From the NCBI GenBank assembly GCA_039794085.1, contig JBDIWC010000047.1, positions 1-29,430 on the forward strand: 29,430 bases of DNA, read 5' to 3'. Shown piece by piece: positions 7,939 through 17,737 of this stretch; position 1 is the stretch's first letter, and each line of letters begins with the position of its first letter. The stretch comes from Gemmatimonadales bacterium. Lineage in GTDB: Bacteria; Gemmatimonadota; Gemmatimonadetes; Gemmatimonadales; GWC2-71-9. The translations under genes were made by a program, and so were the position numbers. The notes under the pieces are model-generated. The model was not told where the DNA came from and did no database searches. It saw only the letters and a program-made list of their open reading frames with translations.

Positions 7939-9265
7939 ACATCGGGAGTCCTGGCGGTGGCACCAGCACGATCCGGGCGCCGTACCGGCACGCCTCCCGT
8001 CCATCGGGTGCCGCCCGGTCGCACACCGGGATGCGCAGGTTCACATCGCGGTGGAGCACCATGAGTTCCTCTCCCACGGCCATGTAACACTGGAGACGGT
8101 TCGACTCGCCCGGCACCTCGCGGCAGAAATCCAGCCCGTCGTCGGGATTGCTCGTCACGTCCACGAAGTTCTTCACCACGCCGAGGTAACACCACGGCTG
8201 CAACGCCTCCGACCCCAGTGAGCAGAGGGCAATCGCCTTTGTCGCGTTCCGCACGGTGCTGCCGCTGATGTTGGTCCCCAGCGACTGATAGCAGATGGTC
8301 CGATACCGCGCCGGGGCCCCGTCACAGAGCCGCGCGGTGGCTGCCCAATCCCGGTCCGTGATCTCCAGCATCAGACTCGTCTGCATGGCATAGCAGGAGT
8401 TCAGATAGTGCTCGTGCAGGATCGAGCAGGGATAATGGGGATCCGCGGGGTTGATCCGCGGAAAGGCGGGAGGGGCCGGTTCCGGTTCCGCCGGAGTGGT
8501 GTGATCCCCATGGTCCCCGTGATCGGCGGCGGAATCCGTCGTCGCGGCGGACGCGGTGCGCACCGGCATGTGATGCGTGTCGGTGGCAATCACATTCTCC
8601 ATGAAGGCGCCGCCATAGCACACTTCCCGGTCCCACCCGCCGTCCAGAAAATCACATCCGGCAAGCCCCTTCGGGAGGTCGTGGTTGAACGCCATCAGCA
8701 GGCCATGACCCAGGCCGTGGGCGCACTGGAATCGAAGCCACTGGTTGGTGTCCAGCCCGGGAATCCGGTCGCAGAAGCCGCTGACCGCCTTCTTGTTCAC
8801 CTCGGGCACGCTGGTCAGGTGTACCTGGATGAGGCCGTGGTAGCATCCACTCTGGAACGCCACCGTGCAGCGGACGAATTGGGCCCCGAACTCCCGGGCG
8901 GGATCATAGCCCCGCATTCCGATCGCGTGGGCATAGTCGTGTCCCGTGGCCATGATCCGTTGGTCCCGCTCCGCGATGGCCGAGAGGGTTCCCATGGCCA
9001 GGGGGATCTGATCCGCCTCGGCGAGGGAGAGAAGGAGCGTGAGGTAACACTCCTTCCCCGGGGACCGGCACTGCCGGACCGCCAGGGTGCCGAGACTCAG
9101 CGAGTCGGAGGACTGGACCGCCTGGATCCATTCGGGGGATGCCAGCAGGGTCTCGGGATCGGGATGCGAAGGCGCCTGGCGCGTTTCGAGGGCCCGGATC
9201 ACTCCCACCGCAACCAGGAGAATGGCCCCTGTGGCCAGGAGAGGGGACTTCAGCTTGCCGGTCAT
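7925..9265 (-). CDS. Cys/His-rich exported or membrane-anchored hypothetical protein
   Basis: N-terminal hydrophobic helix; GHDYAHAIG, GCYHG, CAHGLGHG and CYGGAFMEN motifs; ATG 9265 with GGAGG RBS. Confidence 0.85.
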   Translation of the reverse strand: MTGKLKSPLLATGAILLVAVGVIRALETRQAPSHPDPETLLASPEWIQAVQSSDSLSLGTLAVRQCRSPGKECYLTLLLSLAEADQIPLAMGTLSAIAERDQRIMATGHDYAHAIGMRGYDPAREFGAQFVRCTVAFQSGCYHGLIQVHLTSVPEVNKKAVSGFCDRIPGLDTNQWLRFQCAHGLGHGLLMAFNHDLPKGLAGCDFLDGGWDREVCYGGAFMENVIATDTHHMPVRTASAATTDSAADHGDHGDHTTPAEPEPAPPAFPRINPADPHYPCSILHEHYLNSCYAMQTSLMLEITDRDWAATARLCDGAPARYRTICYQSLGTNISGSTVRNATKAIALCSLGSEALQPWCYLGVVKNFVDVTSNPDDGLDFCREVPGESNRLQCYMAVGEELMVLHRDVNLRIPVCDRAAPDGREACRYGARIVLVPPPGLPMYNEQ

Positions 9266-9320
9266 GTGACCTCCAATCGGCACCAGATGGGTTCACGCGT
9301 CTCGGGACGGACCTCGCGTG

Positions 9321-12053
9321 TCATCGCGCCCTCTCGTCTCCCGGCCCCATGCCCGCCCTGCCCAGAACCCAGAGCACGAACGCCTGGTCGAGGGCGATCT
9401 CGCGCAGCCGGTCGTAGCGACCGGAGGCCCCTCCATGGCCGGCGCCGAGATTCGTCACCAACAGCACCGGCTCGTGGTTGGTGCGCCGAGCCCGAAGCCG
9501 GGAGACGTACTTGGCAGGTTCCCAGTACATGACCTGGCTGTCGTGGAGCGACGTTCGTACCAGGAGTGCAGGATAATCGGTCGCGCGGAGGTTCGTGTAG
9601 GGGCAGTAGGAGGCCATCCAGCGGTACTCCTCCGCGACCGCCGGGTTGCCCCACTCCTCGTACTCGCCGACCGTGAGCGGAAGGTCGGGATCCCGCATCG
9701 TGTTGAGGACGTCCACGAACGGAACCTGAAGGATCGCCGCGCGACAACACTGTGGGTCGCGATTGAGCACCGCCCCGATCAGGAGCCCGCCGGCACTCCC
9801 TCCCTCGATGACGAGCCGGTCCCGGGTGGAGCGTCCCGTCGCCACCAGGTGGTCGAGGACCGCGAGAAAGTCGGTGAACGTGGTGGGTTTGGCCGACATT
9901 CTTCCCGCGTCGTGCCACCCCTTGCCGAGCTCTCCCCCGCCGCGCACATGGGCAATGGCCACCCCGACCCCGCGATCGAGCAGGGAGAGCCGTGTCGTGG
10001 AGAAACTGACCGGATAGGAGATCCCGTAGGCCCCGTAGCCGTGCACCAGCAGCGGCATCGGTCCCTCCTGCTCCGGCGCGGAGGCGGGGAGGATGAGGGA
10101 GACGGGGATGCGGGTCCCGTCGGCGGCGGTTGCCAGAACGCGTTCGGTTCGGTAGCGCTCGGGCCGGAAATCGCCGAGCACGCGGGTCTGCTTGCGGAGG
10201 GTGCGCTCCCCCGAAACCACGTCGTCATCGAACGTGGAGGGAGGAGTCACGGGAGACTGGTACACAAACCGGAGTGTCGTCGTGTCCCACTCGCAGTTGG
10301 GACCGGCATCGACCTCGTACACCGCCTCGGGAAAGGTGAGCCGCCTCCGTTCCGACCCATCCGACTCCAGAATTCGGATCCCCGGCAACCCTTCCCGCCG
10401 GTCCCACACCACCAGATGACCGGCAAAGCATCCGACGCCCTCCAGCATGACGGCGGGATCATGGGCCAGCACCTCGCTCCACGACGCGGGGCTCGGATCG
10501 GCCAGAGGTGCCCGGACCAGGCGGAAGTTCCGGCCGGTGTCGTTGATCCGTATGAGCAGATCGTCCCCGTGGTGCCCCACGTCGTACTCCCGGTCCGGGA
10601 CGCGGGGAAGCACCACGCGCCATGCGCCGTTGGTCACCGAGGCATCCCGCCAGTGGACCTCGCTGGTGGTGTGGCTCCCCAGGATCAGGAGCATCAGCCG
10701 ACGGCTCCGGGTTCGATGCACCACTACGGAGAAGGCGGGGTCGGGTTCCTCGTACTCCAGCGTCGAAGGGCCCAGCCCCGTTCGCATGTCCGTGAGGGAA
10801 ACGCGGTAGAGCCGGTACTGGCGCTTGGTCTCGTCCTCGATGGTGTACAGGAGAGTGTGGCCATCCCGGCTCCAGGCCACGCTGCCCGTGCGCTTGATCT
10901 CCCCGTCGAGCACCTGACCCGTCTCCAGATCCTTGATCTGCAGCCGGTACTGCCGGAAGCCGGTCTCGTCCAGCGAATAGGCCAGATACCGGCCGTCATC
11001 ACTCACCGAGAATGCCCCCAGCGCCAGGTAGGGCTTCCCCTCGGCCAGAGCGTTCAGATCGAGAACGATCTCTTCCGGACCCTCCGGCTCCCGGGCCCGG
11101 CAGTGAATCGGGTACTGCAATCCCTCGACCGTGCGGGACCAGTAGCGGTACCCCCGATCGGGCCAGGGGGCGCTCTCATCGGTCTGCTGAATCCGGGAGA
11201 GCATCTCCTGGTAGAGCTCCTCCTGGAGCGGAACCGTCGGCGCGAGCACCGCCTCGGCCCAGGCGTTCTCGGCCTCGAGGAGGGCGCGGACCTCCGGATC
11301 CTCCCGATTCCGGAGCCAGGAGTACTCGTCGAGAAGGGTGTCGCCGTGGAGGGTGGTCGTGTCGGGCCGGACGGCAGCCACCGGAGGAACCGGCAGGGTC
11401 ACACGCCCCCCCCCCTCCCGCACCGGTGCCGTGAGCCGGTAGATGGCCGGCACCTGTCCCGGAGCGTCCAGGGTCACATCCAGATCGTGCAGCAATCCGT
11501 CGTTGATGCGGTAGATCCACCCATGCACGGACAGCGACTGGTTCCGGTTCCAGGCCTCCTGCACGATGGTGGTGGTGGCCACGTGCCGCACCTGCTGCCG
11601 CACGTTCAGTTCGCAGAGCCGGTCCACCCTCTCGGCCGGGGGCAGCGCATCCATCACCGCCGCATGGGTCTCCGCGAGATCCTTGATCCCGCGCAGCCAG
11701 TTGTCGATCAGGCCGTGGGAGGCCGGCTCCAGCGAGGCCGCCACACCTCCGCAGCCATAGTGTCCGCACACGATCACATGCTCGACCTTCAGGACCTCCA
11801 CGGCGTATTGCAGCACGCTCAGGAAGTTCATGTCGGTGTGCTTCACCAGGTTGGCCACATTCCGGTGCACGAAGAGCTCGCCGGGACGGAGCCCCACGAT
11901 CTCATTGGCGGGCACCCGGGAATCGGAACATCCAACCCAGAGATACCGGGGCGCCTGCTGGGCGGCGAGAGTGGCGAAGAAGCCGGGACTCGCCGCCTCC
12001 GTGGCGCGAGCCCACCGCTGATTGCTGTCGAAGAGATCGGGCAAGCGACGCAT
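9321..12053 (-). CDS. Beta-carbonic anhydrase joined in frame to S9A oligopeptidase B-like peptidase (may be two genes: CA 11399-12053, peptidase 9321-11402)
   Basis: CA motifs GCSDSRVP, FVHRNVAN, CGHYGCGG; peptidase motifs DEYSWLR, HVRGGGELG, GGSAGGLL, DSQVMYWEPAKY, AGHGGASG. The junction runs through a G10 tract (11406-11415). Confidence 0.9.
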   Translation of the reverse strand: MRRLPDLFDSNQRWARATEAASPGFFATLAAQQAPRYLWVGCSDSRVPANEIVGLRPGELFVHRNVANLVKHTDMNFLSVLQYAVEVLKVEHVIVCGHYGCGGVAASLEPASHGLIDNWLRGIKDLAETHAAVMDALPPAERVDRLCELNVRQQVRHVATTTIVQEAWNRNQSLSVHGWIYRINDGLLHDLDVTLDAPGQVPAIYRLTAPVREGGGRVTLPVPPVAAVRPDTTTLHGDTLLDEYSWLRNREDPEVRALLEAENAWAEAVLAPTVPLQEELYQEMLSRIQQTDESAPWPDRGYRYWSRTVEGLQYPIHCRAREPEGPEEIVLDLNALAEGKPYLALGAFSVSDDGRYLAYSLDETGFRQYRLQIKDLETGQVLDGEIKRTGSVAWSRDGHTLLYTIEDETKRQYRLYRVSLTDMRTGLGPSTLEYEEPDPAFSVVVHRTRSRRLMLLILGSHTTSEVHWRDASVTNGAWRVVLPRVPDREYDVGHHGDDLLIRINDTGRNFRLVRAPLADPSPASWSEVLAHDPAVMLEGVGCFAGHLVVWDRREGLPGIRILESDGSERRRLTFPEAVYEVDAGPNCEWDTTTLRFVYQSPVTPPSTFDDDVVSGERTLRKQTRVLGDFRPERYRTERVLATAADGTRIPVSLILPASAPEQEGPMPLLVHGYGAYGISYPVSFSTTRLSLLDRGVGVAIAHVRGGGELGKGWHDAGRMSAKPTTFTDFLAVLDHLVATGRSTRDRLVIEGGSAGGLLIGAVLNRDPQCCRAAILQVPFVDVLNTMRDPDLPLTVGEYEEWGNPAVAEEYRWMASYCPYTNLRATDYPALLVRTSLHDSQVMYWEPAKYVSRLRARRTNHEPVLLVTNLGAGHGGASGRYDRLREIALDQAFVLWVLGRAGMGPGDERAR

Positions 12054-12121
12054 GAATGCTCCTCGGGCAGCCGGGACACCCGGAGTCGGGGCGCGACCGG
12101 TCGTCCGGGTGGTGGCGCGGG

Positions 12122-12883
12122 TCACGCCGTGGTGTGGGTGGATCCGTCCGGGGCGGAGGATCCAGGGTCGGCCAGAGCGAGAAAACGGGAGGCCAGTGCC
12201 GGCCCGGTTCCCTCGTCCTCATGCTTGAAGAATACATGGACCCGCTCCCAGCCGCGGGATGTCACGAAGGCGGCATGCCGGGTCAGCTCCTGATCTGCAT
12301 ACCCGGCCCGGCGGAGCCGCAGATACCCGAAGGGGGCGGTGACCTCGGTGGGCATCTCCCCGTCCTCTTCGTCCACCAGACAGAGTGCCACGCCCGCCAC
12401 GCGCAGTACCGCGTACACCTCGTCGTCGAACCAGCTGGCGTGACGGAATTCGAACGCGGTGTCCCACCCCCGTGGCAGCAGCGCCAGGAACGCCTCCAGC
12501 CGGGGCAGGTCCTTCTTGAAGTTGGGTGGAAGCTGGAACAGGGTGGGCCCGCGCCGGTCGCCCAGGACGGAGCTGACCCGGAGGAAGTACCCCAGCTCGT
12601 CCTCGACCTCCCGCAGGCGCTTCTGGTGGGTGATCCGCTGCGGCGCCTTGAGCACGAAACGAAAGGAGTCCGGGACCTGTCCGGTCCAGTTCGCCAGAAC
12701 CGATTCCGAGGGCATCCGGTAGAAGGTGTTGTTGATCTCCACGGTCCGGAACCGCTCGGCGTAGAACGGGAGCATCTCTTCGGGGCGGCACCTGGCCGGG
12801 TAGAACGAGCCCTTCCACTCGCGGTAGGCAAAGCCGCTGGTGCCAACGCCGAGCCAGAGCGGTTTTCCCGAACCTGGGTTCAT
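12122..12883 (-). CDS. DUF72 domain protein
   Basis: GTSGFAYREWKGSFYP, TVEINNTFYRMP, LFQLPP, EFRHASW and YLRLR motifs. Confidence 0.93.
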   Translation of the reverse strand: MNPGSGKPLWLGVGTSGFAYREWKGSFYPARCRPEEMLPFYAERFRTVEINNTFYRMPSESVLANWTGQVPDSFRFVLKAPQRITHQKRLREVEDELGYFLRVSSVLGDRRGPTLFQLPPNFKKDLPRLEAFLALLPRGWDTAFEFRHASWFDDEVYAVLRVAGVALCLVDEEDGEMPTEVTAPFGYLRLRRAGYADQELTRHAAFVTSRGWERVHVFFKHEDEGTGPALASRFLALADPGSSAPDGSTHTTA

Positions 12884-12890
12884 GGGGGCG

Positions 12891-13316
12891 TCAGGGCAGC
12901 AGGGGGAGAGTGAAGTGATGCGCGCCGATCTGCATCCGTTGCCGGCAGAAGAACCGATGGGCCTCGCCCCGATGCACCCCGACGTCCAGATCGATCCGTT
13001 CGCAGCCAAGGCTCCGGGCATGGTCACAGAGCCAGGTGAACAGGACCTCACCGTATCCCTCGGAGCGCACCGTTTCTTCCGTGACCAGATCCTCTATCTG
13101 GAGAAAGCGGCCCCGTCCCATCGATTCGATGACCCGGAACCCCGCCACCGCCGAAACCGCGCCATCCCGTTCCACGAAGGCGAGCCGGTATCCCTCCCGT
13201 TGCTGCAGCTCGACCCGGCGAAGGAACTCCTCCCGGTCGATGTGGGTCCGCAACTGACTCAGGGCCGGGTAGCACCGGGCCACATCCTCCGCCGATCCCG
13301 CCAGGGCAACATGCAT
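12891..13316 (-). CDS. GNAT family N-acetyltransferase
   Basis: IEDLVTEETVRSEGYG acetyl-CoA-binding motif, LDVGVHRGEAHRFF; ATG 13316 with GAGGAG RBS. Confidence 0.88.
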   Translation of the reverse strand: MHVALAGSAEDVARCYPALSQLRTHIDREEFLRRVELQQREGYRLAFVERDGAVSAVAGFRVIESMGRGRFLQIEDLVTEETVRSEGYGEVLFTWLCDHARSLGCERIDLDVGVHRGEAHRFFCRQRMQIGAHHFTLPLLP

Positions 13317-13409
13317 GGCCTTCTCCTCAGGGAAAGCGGTCGAGATCGCGCGCCGAGACCACCGGGCCGACATGGCCCGCGGCGCGCCCATCGCAAAGCG
13401 GTGCATCGA

Positions 13410-13994
13410 TCAGTAGATCGGTCCCCCGGCCTCGCGGTAGGCCTGGAGCACCTCGCGGGCGGCCTCCGAGAGCACCCCGCGCCGGATCCCGATCCCGCGT
13501 CGCGCAAGGTGGTCCCACGACTCGGCGAATACCGGGCCCTCATCGAAGCCGAGCGCCTCGGCGTCCTCACGGCGAGCCCCCGTCACCAGACGGCCCACAC
13601 CCGACCAGAGCACCGCGCCGAGGCACATGGCGCACGGTTCGCACGAGCTGTACAGGGTCATCGACCCGGCGGGATGGTCGCGCAGCGTGTACACATGGAG
13701 GGGACGCTGGGCCATCTGGATGGCGACCATCTCCGCATGCGCGGTGCTGTTCAACAACCGGGTGACGCCGTTCACACCCACGCCAACCAGGGCACCGTCG
13801 CCGGCGGTGATCACCGCGCCAAAGGGTCCTCCCGTCCCACGAGCAATGTTTTCCTTCGACAGGTCGATCGCGAGCCGCATCGCCGCGTCGTCGTCCGCGA
13901 GGGGTCCCCGGCCCGAGACGAGATTCTCCACCCAGACCGGCAGCGAGATCACCACCTCCGGGAAGGGAACCTCGAGCGGGGGCAGGCCCGTCAT
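13410..13994 (-). CDS. Zinc-dependent nucleoside/nucleobase deaminase (guanine deaminase-like)
   Basis: GGPFGAVI, AHAEM, SCEPCAMCLGA and GFDEG motifs; TGATG coupling to the upstream stop. Confidence 0.92.
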   Translation of the reverse strand: MTGLPPLEVPFPEVVISLPVWVENLVSGRGPLADDDAAMRLAIDLSKENIARGTGGPFGAVITAGDGALVGVGVNGVTRLLNSTAHAEMVAIQMAQRPLHVYTLRDHPAGSMTLYSSCEPCAMCLGAVLWSGVGRLVTGARREDAEALGFDEGPVFAESWDHLARRGIGIRRGVLSEAAREVLQAYREAGGPIY

Positions 13995-15556
13995 CAGGGC
14001 CGGTCCGCGGCGGCGCGGGCGTCCCGGACCATGGCGGCCACCTCCCGCATCAGGGTCGGTCCGTGATAGGGGATGCCATCCTTGATGGTCCACTCGACTC
14101 CGCCGGTGTGCACCGACTGACCATCCCGGATGATGTCCACCCCGGTCGGATACAGCACCTTCAGATCCTCCAACGGGTTCCCGTTCACCACGATGAGATC
14201 CGCCAGGTGCCCCACGCGCACCCGGCCGATACGTTCCTCTTCGCCGAGGATGCGGGCATTGTTGAAGGTGGCGTGCTGTAGGACCTTGAGAGGGTGGAAC
14301 CCCGCCTCGGCGTGCAACTCCAGCTCCCGGATCAGGCCGAACCCATACATCTGGTAGATGAACCCGGCATCCTCCCCCGCCCCGATCAGACCGCCCCGAC
14401 GTCCGAACTCCCGCAGTGCCGCCATCCAGATCCGGTAGTTCTCCTTCCAGAAGGTCTCGTCCTGGCTGGTCCACCCCAGAAAATATGACCCGTGGTTGGC
14501 GGGATCGGGACGGAAGTACTGTTCCAGGGTCGGATGCAGATAATCGCGGAACCAGGGCTGGGTCTGGGCGCGCTGGAGATCGCGGCTCGCCTCGTAAATC
14601 ACCAGCGTCGGGACCCACGCCACCGCGGAATCCACCATCCCCTGCAGCACCTTGTGTTGCCGGGCCGGATCGGCCTCCCGCCAGAGCCGCCCCGCGTACC
14701 GGAAGCGATCCACCTCATTGTTGTAGTTGTAGCCGGCGGGAAAGTTCTGCACCCCGTCGAGAATCGCCGCATCGGGCACCCCGTACCAGTGCTCGATCGT
14801 GGCGGTCCGCAGCGCGATGTCGTCCCAGGCGTTGGTCTCCTCCACCCCGGCGTGGTGGGCCACGGGCAGGCCCTGGGCGTGCGCCTCCTGGAGCATCGCG
14901 GTCATCAGATTCCGGTCCATTCCCGTGATCTTGATCCCGTCCACCCCCTTCTGCTTGAGCTCCCGAACCCGGGCGCGCACCTCTTCCACCGTCCGGGGCG
15001 ACGGGCGTCGTGAGTATCCGGCGTAGATGAACAGCCGGGGCGCCTCCAGCGTTCCCGCCCGGCTCTGGTCGCGGAGCCGGAGAAAGGCATCCGGATCGCC
15101 GCCGCTGCTCACGTCCCGGATCGTGGTGACCCCGCTCGCGAGCCAGATCTTGAACTGATAGGCCATCGGCTGGGGAATCCCCCCGCGCTCGTCCTGGATG
15201 TGGGCGTGGGCGTTGATGAGCCCCGGCATGACGTACTTGCCGGACGCGTCGATCTCCACCGGAGCCTGGGGGCGCCGGGCCCGGCCGGCCTTGAGCGCCA
15301 CCGGATCGAGCGGCACCATCTCCGCGATCCGGTTCCCCTCGACCACGATGTCGAACGGCCCGATCGCCGGGGTGCCGGTCCCCTCGATCACCGTGGCATT
15401 TCGGATCACGTACCGGGCGGGCCGTTCCCCGTGCTGCACCGCCTGGGCGGCGAGCGGCAGGGCCATCAGGACGAGACCCAGAGAGATCAAGGCACCGGCG
15501 ACGACACGGGGGGACCGGATCAGGGCCGGTCGGATCAGGCGCTCGTGCAACATCAT
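13994..15556 (-). CDS. Amidohydrolase superfamily protein, exported
   Basis: YVMPGLINAHAH, SGVTTIRD, TIEH, GEDAG, ADLIVVNGNPLED; signal peptide ending near LAAQA. Confidence 0.92.
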   Translation of the reverse strand: MMLHERLIRPALIRSPRVVAGALISLGLVLMALPLAAQAVQHGERPARYVIRNATVIEGTGTPAIGPFDIVVEGNRIAEMVPLDPVALKAGRARRPQAPVEIDASGKYVMPGLINAHAHIQDERGGIPQPMAYQFKIWLASGVTTIRDVSSGGDPDAFLRLRDQSRAGTLEAPRLFIYAGYSRRPSPRTVEEVRARVRELKQKGVDGIKITGMDRNLMTAMLQEAHAQGLPVAHHAGVEETNAWDDIALRTATIEHWYGVPDAAILDGVQNFPAGYNYNNEVDRFRYAGRLWREADPARQHKVLQGMVDSAVAWVPTLVIYEASRDLQRAQTQPWFRDYLHPTLEQYFRPDPANHGSYFLGWTSQDETFWKENYRIWMAALREFGRRGGLIGAGEDAGFIYQMYGFGLIRELELHAEAGFHPLKVLQHATFNNARILGEEERIGRVRVGHLADLIVVNGNPLEDLKVLYPTGVDIIRDGQSVHTGGVEWTIKDGIPYHGPTLMREVAAMVRDARAAADRP

Positions 15557-15641
15557 CGACACTCCACGGCAAGGGATCGGGAAAGGGGCCCTACGGGGGT
15601 CTCTGGCCAAGATACCCGCCAGCGGCCCCCGCGGCGAGGGA

Positions 15642-17006
15642 TCAGGGCGTCCGGGGCCGGGGACCGAGCACCCCTTCCACCGAGCGCTTGAGCGCGGCCG
15701 GATCCCACACCTCGCCCCCCTTCATCACCAGATCCACCGCTCGGGTCCGCAGAATGTCCTCCAGCGGGTTCCCCCGGACCACGAAGAGATCGGAGTATTT
15801 CCCCGGCTCCAGGCTCCCCAGCCGGTCGCCGGCGCCCAGCGCGCGGGCCCCGTTCAGCGTGGCGATCCGGAGCACGTCGGCTGGGGGGATGCCGCACCGC
15901 ACCAGCGCCGCCAGCTCCCGGTGGGACGAGAACCCCGAGATGAACTCCCCGGCGCTCGGGTGGTCGGTGCCCATTGTGATGGCGCCGCCCGCCTCGTGGA
16001 ACGCCTTCACCAGCGGGCACTTCGCCTTGTAGATCTGGTCGAACTGCTCCAGCCGGGGGCGGGGATCGTGTTCCCGGTAGTACGCGCGCACATCCTCCCG
16101 GAAGTACTGGGGCTCATCGGCCCACTGCGCGAAGATCCCGTCGGCTCGGTCGCTATAGTAGCCATAGGCGGTGAGGGTGGCATCGTAGACCACGCCGGAG
16201 CGGATGAAGAGTTCGGCGATCTCCCGGAACTCCGGGCTGTCGGCCCGGAACGAGGGGAAGGAGGCGTAGGCCGACTGCGTGGCGGGGAAGGCGTCTCCGC
16301 CGAGAAAGTGCTCGATCCGATCGATGCCCATCAGGATCGCATCGCGCGGATTCACCGAATTGCGGAAACCGGAGTCGAGGTGGCCGGTGACAGTCAGTCC
16401 ATGGTCATGCGCCCGTTCGATGAGCCAGCGCAGGTGATCGGGCCCGATTCCCTTCGCCTTGAACCCCTTCACTCCCTGCTCGGCCCAGTGATCCACCTCG
16501 GCGTAGAGCTCCTCCTTCGTCATGTTCCGGTTCCAGCCGGGACGAGCCGAGCCGAAGTAGGGTCCCGAGTTGAAGAGCCGGGGACCGGGCGTCTCTCCCC
16601 GGTCGATCCGTTTCCGGAGCGCCATCATCCCTTCCGGATCGTACTCCCCGGCCGGGAACGTGGTCGTCACGCCGTTGGCGAGGAAGAGCACCGGCATCGC
16701 CTCCAGCTCATCGTTCCGGGGCTGCTCCATCATCGACACGTTGTAGTGCGCGTGGACGTCGACCAGGCCGGGGAGGACGTACTGGTCCGCCTCGAGGGCG
16801 ATCTCGCGCACCGCGCTCCGGTCGAGGCGCGGGTCGGGCTCGCCCAGCGACAGGATGCGTCCCCCCACGATCACGAGGCCCGGATTGGGGATCATCGCTC
16901 CCCGGTGTACATCGAAGAGGTGGCCCCCGCGGATCCAGGTCACCGGCTCCTGCGCCACGAGCGGGGCGGCCAGGAGGAGTGAGACGGCGGCACCGGCGGC
17001 CCTCAC
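15642..17006 (-). CDS. Amidohydrolase superfamily protein, exported
   Basis: YVLPGLVDVHAH, NGVTT, RIEH, MGTDH, DLFVVRGNPLED. Start taken as GTG 17006 (GAGGG upstream, signal peptide); ATG 17054 is an alternative. Confidence 0.9.
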   Translation of the reverse strand: MRAAGAAVSLLLAAPLVAQEPVTWIRGGHLFDVHRGAMIPNPGLVIVGGRILSLGEPDPRLDRSAVREIALEADQYVLPGLVDVHAHYNVSMMEQPRNDELEAMPVLFLANGVTTTFPAGEYDPEGMMALRKRIDRGETPGPRLFNSGPYFGSARPGWNRNMTKEELYAEVDHWAEQGVKGFKAKGIGPDHLRWLIERAHDHGLTVTGHLDSGFRNSVNPRDAILMGIDRIEHFLGGDAFPATQSAYASFPSFRADSPEFREIAELFIRSGVVYDATLTAYGYYSDRADGIFAQWADEPQYFREDVRAYYREHDPRPRLEQFDQIYKAKCPLVKAFHEAGGAITMGTDHPSAGEFISGFSSHRELAALVRCGIPPADVLRIATLNGARALGAGDRLGSLEPGKYSDLFVVRGNPLEDILRTRAVDLVMKGGEVWDPAALKRSVEGVLGPRPRTP

Positions 17007-17153
17007 GATGTTCCCTCGCCGCGGCTGTTCAGCCACCCTTCCAAGGGAGAACATTCGAAGGCTGTGACGCCACACCAGTCGTGAGAAGCCCATGAGCCAT
17101 TGTCCTTTTCGATTTCGTTGTCTGACACGAATCCTGGCGACCACCGCCCTCAC
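17003..17153 (+). repeat. Diverged duplicate of the M28 peptidase upstream region and first 21 codons (other copy 18726-18878)
   Basis: Colinear match with one 2-nt indel; the last 22 nt are identical (tcctggcgaccaccgccctcac). ATG 17092 reads MSHCPFRFRCLTRILATTALT versus MTFLPCGFRCLTRFLATTALT. Confidence 0.85.
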
Positions 17154-17602
17154 AAAACAACTCTTGATCTCAGCGCGCAAGGCGTGCCCCCCTTCTCCCC
17201 TCCCGGATTGAACCACAGAGAACACGGAGGACACAGAGGGTTGACGGCTCCCACGACACGTTCCCAGTCATGCGCTCCCGGTATCGGCACTGAGGTGGCC
17301 CCACCTCCCCCCAACAACAACACTCGAATCCTGGCGCGCAAAGTGTGGAGCAACGGATATCATGCGGAGACCCTCTGTGTCCTCCGCGACCTCTGTGGTG
17401 ACCCCCTACCCCACTCCGGAGTGAACCACGGAGACATAGAGGGTTGACGGCTCCCCCGACACCTTCCCAGGCTCGAACAACTGGCATCGGCAGGATGGGG
17501 GCCCTTCCGCCCCACACAAAAAACATCGCATCTTGACCCGAGAAGTGGAGCTGCGGGAATCATGCAGGGATCTCTGTGACCTTTGTGTCTCAAAGTGGTG
17601 AA
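17151..17602. repeat. Tandem array 1 of ~190-bp TIR-bounded units (partial unit 17151-17186; units 17209-17401 and 17422-17602)
   Basis: Units begin TGAACCACRGAG..GGGTTGACGGCTCCC and end CTCTGTG..GTGGTGA; homologous to units at 22138-22320, 23786-23972 and 23992-24180. Confidence 0.9.
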
Positions 17603-17716
17603 CTCCCCCCCTCTCCCCGGATTGGCCCGTCGGGAACCCTGGGGGCTTTGCGCACTCGCCCGTGTCTACAGTGCGCCGAGGCGCCGGGGTACATGGCCTT
17701 GCGCGGCCGGGAGTGG

Positions 17717-17737
17717 CATGACAGATTACATGTCATG
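17717..17737. promoter_or_regulatory. Putative TA autoregulatory operator
   Basis: Perfect IR CATGACA-n7-TGTCATG overlapping the antitoxin ATG (17735). Confidence 0.55.

Noticed and set aside
7925..9265. Multiheme cytochrome c
   Set aside because: Many Cys and His residues but no CxxCH motif.
9318..12293. 991-aa plus-strand ORF and other long antisense ORFs (e.g. 3637-5514, 15198-16982, 25857-27215)
   Set aside because: Shadow frames opposite well-supported genes, common in GC-rich DNA; no recognisable motifs.
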